From assembly GCA_963665295.1 (NCBI GenBank), contig OY762209.1, positions 800,001 to 864,000 of the forward strand: 64,000 nt of DNA, written 5' to 3'. The translations under genes were made by a program, and so were the position numbers. Every line of letters begins with the position of its first letter. The first letter of the stretch is position 1. The notes beneath the pieces were generated by a model. That model saw only the letters and a list, made by a program, of their open reading frames with translations. It was not told where the DNA came from and did no database searches. Origin of the DNA: Syntrophorhabdaceae bacterium (GTDB lineage: Bacteria > Desulfobacterota > Syntrophorhabdia > Syntrophorhabdales > Syntrophorhabdaceae). Shown one piece after another: positions 53,698-61,847 of this stretch.

Positions 53698-55203
53698 CTA
53701 AAGCCCGTCAAGGGTGAACCCTTTTTCCCTGAACAACTTCACGCATACCTCCACAACTCCGGGGTCATAAAGGATGCCGCTGTTTTTCTCAATCTCCTCC
53801 AGGGCTACCTGTATGCCCCTGGAGGGTCTGTAGGGACGATGGGAGGCAATCGCTTCCACCACGTCCGCTACGGCAAGGATTTGCGCTTCGAGGAGGATTT
53901 GTGCCCTCTTGAGGTTCTTGGGGTAACCCGACCCGTCCAACCTCTCGTGGTGCTGGAGGACCATCTCGGCTACGGGATAGGGCAATCCGATATCCTTTAA
54001 TATGCCGTACCCGGACTGGGAGTGGACCTTGACGAGGGCAAATTCCGTCTCAGTGAGCGTGGTAGGCTTCACCAGGATCTCTGCGGGGACGGCCATTTTG
54101 CCGATATCGTGAATGGCTCCCGCCATGGAAATACTATCGACCATTTCACAAGAGTAGTTCATTTCCTGAGCGATAGTGCGGGCAATGTACGATACCCTTC
54201 GCTGGTGACCCGCGGTATAGGGGTCCCGCATCTCGACGATCATCGAGATGACCTGAATGGTGCCCGCCAGGCTCTTCCTCAATTCCTCGGCTGTTTGATT
54301 CAGTTTCTCTTCCGCCCTCTTCCGCTCGGTAATATCTTCCGAGATGCCGAGGAGATAGCGGATCCTCCCTTCTCTTTCGACAATAGGAATTTTCCTGGTA
54401 TGCAATATCCTTATGCCCGGCCCCTCCGTCTCGATGCGCTGCTCGGCGATATCGACGGGGCGCCGGGTGTCGAGGACTTCCCGGTCCTTTTCAGTGAAGA
54501 GATCCGCCTGGCCCTCCGGGAAGATGTCATGGGAAGTCTTCCCGATCAAATCGCGCCTGTTCCGCCCGACAAGTTCTTCCCCTGCCCTGTTGAACCTTAC
54601 AAAACGAAGAGTTTCCGCCTCTTTCACAAAGAGCATATTGGGAATATTCTCGATGATGCTGTCGAGAAATTCCTCATCCTTCTTGAGGGCCTCCTCCTTC
54701 ACCTTCAGTTCCTTATTTGCGGCCTCCAGGTCTGCCATCTTTTTCTCAAGTTTGTTGAAAAGCACTTCATTATACTGCCTGGAGAATTCCATTTCGTCTC
54801 CAAGGGGCTTAGCCGATTTGGATTCTCCTTTGTACTCCTCCCCGATCAGTTCTCCCACCATCCCGATGATCGTCTCGGGCTTCGCGGGCTTCACAACGAA
54901 CCTGTCCGCCCCGAGGTCCAAGGCAAGCTTTTCATCTTTCGGGTCGGTATAGGTGGCAGTGTAGAATACGAAGGGTATGTGCATGAGGCGCTCGTGCGTC
55001 TTCCATGTCCGGCAGAGGCTGAAGCCGTCCATGACCGGCATGAGAATATCGCTGATAATCAGATCGGGTGGTGCTTCGAGGGCGGATTCCAGTGCTTCCG
55101 ACCCGTCCCTGGCCGCCGCTACCTCAAACCCGTTTGCCTTCAGCAAGACCTCCAGGAGGTAGAGGTTCTGGAAGTTGTCGTCCACAATAAGGATCTTTGC
55201 CAT
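53698..55203 (-). CDS. Response regulator REC-PAS-HD-GYP phosphodiesterase
   Basis: ILIVDD, SDILMPVMDG, PAS, RDPYTAGHQRRV, HDIGK, HHERLDGSGYP, HRPYR. Confidence 0.95.
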   Translation of the reverse strand: MAKILIVDDNFQNLYLLEVLLKANGFEVAAARDGSEALESALEAPPDLIISDILMPVMDGFSLCRTWKTHERLMHIPFVFYTATYTDPKDEKLALDLGADRFVVKPAKPETIIGMVGELIGEEYKGESKSAKPLGDEMEFSRQYNEVLFNKLEKKMADLEAANKELKVKEEALKKDEEFLDSIIENIPNMLFVKEAETLRFVRFNRAGEELVGRNRRDLIGKTSHDIFPEGQADLFTEKDREVLDTRRPVDIAEQRIETEGPGIRILHTRKIPIVEREGRIRYLLGISEDITERKRAEEKLNQTAEELRKSLAGTIQVISMIVEMRDPYTAGHQRRVSYIARTIAQEMNYSCEMVDSISMAGAIHDIGKMAVPAEILVKPTTLTETEFALVKVHSQSGYGILKDIGLPYPVAEMVLQHHERLDGSGYPKNLKRAQILLEAQILAVADVVEAIASHRPYRPSRGIQVALEEIEKNSGILYDPGVVEVCVKLFREKGFTLDGL

Positions 55204-55226
55204 GATGGAGCACCTCCATGTCCCTC

Positions 55227-55415
55227 TCAAGCGAGGTGTTGTTCGATTTGTCGAAAAGGGGTACCAGGGTTGACCGGCGTCTCCATGTACCCGTTATACC
55301 CCGCCTCGACCGTTTTCTCCCGGTCTCCCGCCGTGGCGCACGAGGTTACGGCATTAATGGGAACCCCGGCGAGGCCTTCCTTTGCCCTGAGCCGTCTCGC
55401 CACGGCATAACCGTC
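55227..55415 (-). pseudogene. DivK-like single-domain response regulator, C-terminal remnant
   Basis: DGYAVARRLR...VPINAVTSCATAGDREKTVEAGYNGYMETPVNP; N-terminus missing. Confidence 0.75.
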
Positions 55416-55639
55416 CGTGAGGGGACGGCTTTCAATAATGCAATCGCTTTCACCCTTCTTACTCCTTCTATTCTCCTCTTGAGCCGAAACAATGTCAACT
55501 GATTCCTGATATGAGGACCATCACCGGACCGTACGAACCGGCCCGGGGGAATGTCTATCATCCTCCGTCCTAACTGCCTATCTCGATAATTGAAATATTG
55601 AAAGGTGTCCCCTTGGACATTAACGAGCCTCTTGGAGTG

Positions 55640-55705
55640 TTATTAAATGTTTCCTGCATATCGTTTAATAAGCTCATAGACTATGCAAGAAAGTTTGGTA
55701 AGAAG
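55640..55705 (+). repeat. Fic promoter/operator element, orphan copy 3
   Basis: TTATTAAATGTTTCCTGCATATCGTTTAATAAGCTCATAGACTATGCAAGAAAGTTTGGTAAGAAG. Confidence 0.85.
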
Positions 55706-55866
55706 ACTCAACGAGAGTTCCTTCCTTGCCTCGCCGGGGACGGACCGGACGAGGGCTCCGTCCCTTGGGATGCGCTCATTCTAGGGGGTGGGCTCCCGCC
55801 TTTTTTGTGCCTATTCCCGACGTCAAAAGGTGGTGGTTATTCGACTGATGGATGTCCCCTATCCCC

Positions 55867-57333
55867 TTACCGTTTGGCAGCCGGGACAGCTTTCGTTTTG
55901 GGGTCCGCCGGCAGGACGGTAAAGGTCCCGGAGTATGTAGTCGAAGCCACTTTGTTGTTCACTTTCAGCGTGTACTGCCCCGGGGGCATGCGGTTGGGAA
56001 TTATAAAGCCTGCGATGCTTCCGCCGGTCTCGGGGCCCATGTACCAGGCTTCGATCGCGCACTCGCGGTCGCCGAGGTAGATGTCTCCTTCCTTGGCACC
56101 GAAATACAGGCCCGCGACCTTGATCACGTCCCCCGGGGCGCCCTCGAGGGGTTCCACGCCCTGTATCTCCGGCGTCTTTATATTGAAAGGCACATCATAG
56201 GTGGTAAAGGATTTCTCACCCTGACGCTTCACCAACACGGGATGCCAACCGGGAGACACCACCCGGTTGATCTGAAAAACGATGGCGAAGTCCGCCCACA
56301 CGAGGATATTCATTTGATCATTCGGATCGTCCCCCAGTCCCACCGTTCCCTTCTTGTTGCCGAAGCCCGGGCCCACGAGGACTGCGTGTGATCCCATGGT
56401 GCCTTTCAACTCCACAAGAGGCGATACTTGAAGGTACCAGGAATCGGTCTCCAGCTCATGATGTGAATTTTCGCCCACCGCCTTCACCGTGCTGTCGGAT
56501 TTGAGGCCCACGGTGTGGTTATGACCCGCCGCCGCGTCTATGATATCCGTCCAGGAGCCGACGTTCAGTTGACCACAACCATTATTGCCCGTTGCCGTCA
56601 TTGTGCCGTCGGATTTGAGGCCGATAATGTGGAACGCGCCGCCTGCGACCCGGCTGATACCCGTCCAGGAGCCGACGTCAAACGGATTTCCCCTATCATC
56701 AGTGCCCGCCACCACCACCGTGCCGTCGGATTTGAGGCCCACGGTGAAAAACCAGCCTGCTCCCACCTGTATGATGTTCGTCCAGGAGCCGACGTTCAGT
56801 TGACCGTGGGAATTATCGCCCGTTGCCACCACCGTGCCGTCGGATTTGAGGCCCACGGTGTGGCTGCTGTTCGCTGCAATCCGGCTGATGTTCGTCCAGG
56901 AGCCGACGTTCAGTTGACCGCTATAAAGCTCGCCCACCGCCACCACCTTGCCGTCGGATTTGAGGCCCACGGTGTGCTCATAGCCGGCCGCGACCTGTAC
57001 TATATTCGTCCAGGAACCGACGTTCAGTTGACCGCGGGAATTGCCGCCCACCGCCACCACCGTGCCGTCGGATTTGAGGCCCAGGGTGTGGGTGCTGCCG
57101 GCTGCCACCTGTATGATATCCGTCCAGGAACCGACGTTCAGTTGACCCAACCTGTTTGTGCCCGTTGCCACCACCGTGCCGTCGGATTTGAGGCCCACGG
57201 TGTGCCCATTGCCCGCCGCGACCTGGGGCGTTATCGCTCCTGCGTGGGACCATGAGATAAGGAGAAACGCGAGCATCAGGAGGAAAACCTCCGGTCTTGA
57301 GTGCCGGTTCCTTGTTGTCTCTTTCATTCTCAT
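55867..57333 (-). CDS. Secreted RCC1/BLIP-II beta-propeller protein with C-terminal IPT/TIG-like domains
   Basis: Signal peptide; about seven 37-aa repeats HTVGLKSDGTVVA.G.N..GQLNVGSWT; G..FG IPT motifs. Confidence 0.9.
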   Translation of the reverse strand: MRMKETTRNRHSRPEVFLLMLAFLLISWSHAGAITPQVAAGNGHTVGLKSDGTVVATGTNRLGQLNVGSWTDIIQVAAGSTHTLGLKSDGTVVAVGGNSRGQLNVGSWTNIVQVAAGYEHTVGLKSDGKVVAVGELYSGQLNVGSWTNISRIAANSSHTVGLKSDGTVVATGDNSHGQLNVGSWTNIIQVGAGWFFTVGLKSDGTVVVAGTDDRGNPFDVGSWTGISRVAGGAFHIIGLKSDGTMTATGNNGCGQLNVGSWTDIIDAAAGHNHTVGLKSDSTVKAVGENSHHELETDSWYLQVSPLVELKGTMGSHAVLVGPGFGNKKGTVGLGDDPNDQMNILVWADFAIVFQINRVVSPGWHPVLVKRQGEKSFTTYDVPFNIKTPEIQGVEPLEGAPGDVIKVAGLYFGAKEGDIYLGDRECAIEAWYMGPETGGSIAGFIIPNRMPPGQYTLKVNNKVASTTYSGTFTVLPADPKTKAVPAAKR

Positions 57334-57600
57334 AGGTCTATCCCTCCTCATGAACGTGATAATTCCCGGTTTAAGGGCGGCACGCACAACCCGTCCCTCC
57401 TCCCGTGGCGGTCACAGCCGTCGGCACACCGACTATTTTCTTCCACGCCATGGGCAATGTCAAGGAAATAGCTCTTTCAGCGGGATGGGGACCGCCATGG
57501 TAAGGCGGCAGAGGCTTGCGTTCGCGCCTCACCCTTTGTGGAGGATGCAATAATGTGATAAATCGGATTTTCGGACAGTCCGTCTTTGAAACGAGTCACG

Positions 57601-58548
57601 TCACCTGACTTCATTGCCGTATGCATGGGCAGGCGTGAAGATGTCCGGGAAATCAGGACGCAGGAAATCACGCACGTGCAGGCACAGGTGACACCCACCG
57701 CAATAATATTTCAAAGGGCTATAACCACGCATCATTGCATAATCGAAAAGGCCGCGGACGCCTTTGACATGAAAGGCCGCAACAAGCTCATTCCCCAAAA
57801 TATTCTCTTCGCAAATGATGTCCTTGAATTCCATGGCATGAAGGTCTCCGGGGTATGCAAACCCCGGACAGATGGAAACCTTGCCCTCGGCGCCGACGGT
57901 ATAGTACGAAGGGGTTACGATATCCTCAGGGCCGGAATCACGCAGGGCTTCATCGGGGGTCATTCGCGGCGCATAGGTTCTCAGGCCGGATATGGCCCGC
58001 CCCATGAAGGAGACTCTGGGCCTGATATCGAGGATCAATCGCGACTGACGGTTCAGCACGCTCAGGAGCCCTTCAGTCCGCCGGTCAACCGGAAAACCCT
58101 TCTGCCTGTCAACGAAGGTGACCGCCACTTTGATTGTCCGTACCCCGGCGTCTTGAAGGGCTCGGAGAGCAGACAATACCGAATCGAAAGGGACAAACTC
58201 CTGATGCAGAGCATCGACACTGATATTGGCGCGCGTAAGGCCGCTTGCAACCATGTCGTGGGCAAATTTCACCGCAAAATCAGGGTTCTTGCCCCACGAA
58301 CCATTTGATGCCAGCCAGCTGTCGATGCCGAAGGCCTTCGCAACCCTCATGCCATGGAGAACGACCTCGGGAGCGAGCGAAGCCTCGCCGCCGGTAAAGA
58401 GAACGCACTCGCTTGGGCGGGCTTGCGCGATAATCCGCTCGACGTCGCCTGCCGTCAAAAGGGCCCCGTCCCTATTTGTGGCGCAATACATGCAGTGCCT
58501 GCAGCAAGAGGTGCACCTGTAGGTGACTTGCAGCAAGAGTCTGTTCAT
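57601..58548 (-). CDS. Radical SAM protein with C-terminal Cys cluster
   Basis: CTSCCRHC, FTGGE, SNGSWG, ISVDALHQEFVP, CGGCHLC. Confidence 0.9.
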   Translation of the reverse strand: MNRLLLQVTYRCTSCCRHCMYCATNRDGALLTAGDVERIIAQARPSECVLFTGGEASLAPEVVLHGMRVAKAFGIDSWLASNGSWGKNPDFAVKFAHDMVASGLTRANISVDALHQEFVPFDSVLSALRALQDAGVRTIKVAVTFVDRQKGFPVDRRTEGLLSVLNRQSRLILDIRPRVSFMGRAISGLRTYAPRMTPDEALRDSGPEDIVTPSYYTVGAEGKVSICPGFAYPGDLHAMEFKDIICEENILGNELVAAFHVKGVRGLFDYAMMRGYSPLKYYCGGCHLCLHVRDFLRPDFPDIFTPAHAYGNEVR

Positions 58549-58566
58549 GGATTCCGTCTCCTGTTC

Positions 58567-59138
58567 CTATGGCCGCCCATCGTTCGCATACCCGGCTTTT
58601 GCCGACGCCCTTCCTTCGCGGGACAACCCGTTCCGGTTCATGCAATGCGTTCTGTTCAGATACAGAAGCCGGATAACCTCGGGTCTGCCTACCGCGTCTA
58701 CGAGGGCCCCGGCCTCCTTATAGGCTTGTATATAGGCCTTGTCCACATCCCTGCAATGGGAGAGATCATGCCACATAGCCTCCGAATCGCACCATTCGGT
58801 TATCCCGGCAATGCTCCCGGCAAATTTGGCGTGGAGGGCAGGACTCACCTCACTCATGATCAGCATTCCCAGCCCTTCCTCCAGCCACATCGGCACATCC
58901 TGTCTTTCCTTGCGCTTCATGGCAAAAATGGTGGAGTGTGAGATGTCCGTGACAAAATGATGAGTAATCTCGTGGGCCGACACGGCTGATAAGCGGTCTT
59001 CGTCGGCGTTCCTGCCGCCCGATAGAGGCCAATGCCCTTCAGGGGACCGTACCGGTTCAGCCCATATACGCCCTCAGGTTCTCTACCGGCGAAATCAGCC
59101 GCACCCACGACGTTTCGACCGAATTGCCCGTTGTTCAT
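58567..59138 (-). pseudogene. Gluzincin (peptidase MA-like) fragment, probably frameshifted
   Basis: AHEITHH...PMWLEEGL; no good start, upstream portion in another frame. Confidence 0.5.
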
Positions 59139-59244
59139 TATGTTGCTTCATCCACATCGCCGTATCATTTACCGCTGCTTCCGGCATGTTCCCGGTGTCA
59201 TGGGCGATTCGTTCCTTGCCATGCCGTCCCCGTCCTTTTCAAAA

Positions 59245-60300
59245 TCACAGGGGCGGAAGATTCCGTAGAATCCTCTCCGCGTCCTGATCCGTTACTGTTT
59301 TGCCGTACACTTCGGAATAGAACGTCTTCATCTCCTCGATCATATCCCAGTCTTTGAATAAATCGGGATGAAACGTCTTCGCCATATAGATCATGAGAAG
59401 TATGCCTTCGCCGCTTGCGTGGTCCCATGGGTAGATCCCTCTGGGAATGGGATAGACCTTCCCGTTCTTGACGGCCTTCACGGAAGCCCAACCGGGATCT
59501 TTCTTCACGGTGTCAACGGAATCAACATATCCGCTGAGAAAAATGACATCCGGGTCCCACGACAATACCTGCTGCATAGTCGCCTTCGCATGGTTGTCGT
59601 CCAGGGCCTGCGGCAAGTAATTGCCTCCGGAGACTTCGGTATTCCAGTGCATAACGCTGCCCTTCCCCTGACTGTTCAACATGCTGGAGCGCAGGCCGCC
59701 GTAGTACACGGCGGGCCTCTCCTTCTTGTCTATCTTTGATGTTATGGAAAGAATCCGGGCAACCTTCTCATCGAAGTACCTGTTGTATCTGTCCGCTTTC
59801 GCTTTCGCGTCCGACCCCAGAAGGTCACCGAACAGGGTTATCTGTCCTTTGAAGTTCTTCCTGAATTCATCAAGGCTCATGGGTCGCGTGTCGGCCGAGA
59901 AGGCGCATACGGTCTTTAAGCCGGCCGCGCTATAGAGTTCGCCTTTCGTCATCCCGGGTGTATAAAGCACAAGGTCTATTTTCATATCCACCATCTGCTT
60001 CGGGGTAACGCCCTTGTTCGTGTGAGCGTGTTTTATTTCCGGATAGAGCTTGTAGGCCCATGGAGATTGTTCCGCCATCAGGCTTATGAGATTGCCCTTA
60101 CCCAGGGTCATTATCTTTTCCGGAGAAACACAATGCATGCATGCTATTCTCTCGGGGTTGACCGGCACCTCAACTCTCTTGCCGCACATGTCGGTTATGG
60201 CCCTGTAATCTCCGGCATAGAGCGGACTGCCATGCGCACCTGCCCCGATTAACAGGGTCAATGCCGCAATGAGTGCAAAAACGAGCCTTTTTTCATTCAT
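59245..60300 (-). CDS. Class III (helical-backbone) ABC substrate-binding protein
   Basis: Signal peptide; ITDMCGKRVEVP..PERI, WDPDVIF, KAVKNGKVYPIP. Confidence 0.9.
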   Translation of the reverse strand: MNEKRLVFALIAALTLLIGAGAHGSPLYAGDYRAITDMCGKRVEVPVNPERIACMHCVSPEKIMTLGKGNLISLMAEQSPWAYKLYPEIKHAHTNKGVTPKQMVDMKIDLVLYTPGMTKGELYSAAGLKTVCAFSADTRPMSLDEFRKNFKGQITLFGDLLGSDAKAKADRYNRYFDEKVARILSITSKIDKKERPAVYYGGLRSSMLNSQGKGSVMHWNTEVSGGNYLPQALDDNHAKATMQQVLSWDPDVIFLSGYVDSVDTVKKDPGWASVKAVKNGKVYPIPRGIYPWDHASGEGILLMIYMAKTFHPDLFKDWDMIEEMKTFYSEVYGKTVTDQDAERILRNLPPL

Positions 60301-60387
60301 CTTCTCCTCCACGCATCATACATATCAATAGACATCTCCTCCGGGTCCGCCGCTAAAAGGGCAGCATATCGACGGGCCCGCATCGAT

Positions 60388-60415
60388 ATGCTTATATATC
60401 ATCGGATATAACGGT
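60388..60415. promoter_or_regulatory. ModE-like operator upstream of the SBP gene
   Basis: ATGCTTATATA-N6-GATATAACGGT versus consensus ATCGTTATATA-N6-TATATAACGAT. Confidence 0.55.
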
Positions 60416-60497
60416 CTGTAAAGAAAAATGCGTTAGGGACGCTCATTAATTAATCAATTCCATTGACATCCCTACCCCTCCCTGATACCATATCTTC

Positions 60498-61448
60498 ATG
60501 CCGAGAAAAGCTCGCATTGATGTTGCAGGGGCGGTGCATCATCTTATGGTGCGGGGTATCGCCCGAAGCGTCCTCTTCCGTGACGACACGGACAGGGATA
60601 GATTCATTGACCGCGCTGCAACGGTCTTCACGGAAGGCAAAGCGGGCTGCTACGCCTTCTCCCTTCTTTCGAACCATGTGCATCTCCTTGTCAGGACCGG
60701 CATTGTTCCTCTATCGACCCTCATGACACGGATCCTGACAGGTTACGCAGTCTCTTTCAACAAACGGCATAAGAGGTCCGGCCACCTTTTTCAGAACCGC
60801 TACAAATCGATCCTCTGCGAGGAAGATCCCTATTTCAACGAGTTGGTCCGTTACATCCATGTGAATCCCCTCCGGGCGCGCCTTATTCCCGACCTCAATA
60901 CCCTGGACTCTTATCCCTACTCAGGCCATGCAACGATCATGGGGCGATATGAAAGACCATGGCTCGATACGGACTATGTCCTTTCCCGGTTCGGCTCGAA
61001 GACCCTCTACAGAGCATTTGTGGAGGCAGGCATAAAAGAGGGAAGGCGACATGATCTCACCGGGGGCAACCCTGCGACGAATATCAGGGGCGATGAGCGC
61101 ATCCTGGGGAGCACGCGTTTTGTCCTTGAAGTAATGAAGTCCGCGGGGGAGGCATGGGAACACGCCCATTGCCTCAAGGCAAAGGGCGTTGATTTCGAGG
61201 CTGTCTTATCTCACGTGGAGAAGCAGTTCGGTCTTGACCCCGGGGAGCTTCTTCGTCCCGGCAAGTACCCCCGTCGCGTCGCCGCCCGCAGCGTCCTCTG
61301 CTATTTTCTCGTAAGAGAGCTTCACATGACCGCAACGGCAGTGGCCGGGAGGCTGGGTCTAGGTCAGCCCGCAGTAAGCATTGCAGTCGCAAGAGGCGAA
61401 GCCCTGGTGCGAGAGAAAGGTTATAGCATGGCTGATTTGATGGGTTAA
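60498..61448 (+). CDS. RAYT/TnpA-Y1 HUH transposase (element about 60436-61483)
   Basis: NHVHLL, YIHVNPLRA; near-identical to the 49001 copy; imperfect terminal IRs. Confidence 0.9.
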   Translation: MPRKARIDVAGAVHHLMVRGIARSVLFRDDTDRDRFIDRAATVFTEGKAGCYAFSLLSNHVHLLVRTGIVPLSTLMTRILTGYAVSFNKRHKRSGHLFQNRYKSILCEEDPYFNELVRYIHVNPLRARLIPDLNTLDSYPYSGHATIMGRYERPWLDTDYVLSRFGSKTLYRAFVEAGIKEGRRHDLTGGNPATNIRGDERILGSTRFVLEVMKSAGEAWEHAHCLKAKGVDFEAVLSHVEKQFGLDPGELLRPGKYPRRVAARSVLCYFLVRELHMTATAVAGRLGLGQPAVSIAVARGEALVREKGYSMADLMG

Positions 61449-61483
61449 TGGACGGCCCTATTGTTCCACGTCCCTGTTGCCCC

Positions 61484-61738
61484 AAGAACTTCGTGCCGGC
61501 CCTGATCGAGGAAGGGGATGAGCTATACCCAAACGGAATATTCGTTTTCAACATCACCAAGATGCTCACGTTCATACAAAGCCATCCTGAGAAGTTCATT
61601 CCTGAGAGGGTAGCGATAAGGGATTATACACACGGGCTCCCCTCTATCAAGGAAGCCGACCCCACGGATACCTCCGGCGTGGCGGGTGCCAAGAGGCAAA
61701 CCTTAATGGAGCGAGAAAGCGCAAGGGTTGATGGTTGA
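61484..61738 (+). pseudogene. Fragment of a hypothetical protein truncated by the Y1 element
   Basis: FVPALIEEGDELYPNGIFVFNITKM reads as coding, but its ATG lies inside the element end. Confidence 0.4.
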
Positions 61739-61847
61739 TGATTCCCCCAACAATATAAGGGGATACTGCGGTTGATTATCCGTCGGGCCTTATTAAACTC
61801 GCGAACGCTTGCTTTGGTGTGCGTACAGACTATCTGAGCATTTCTGT

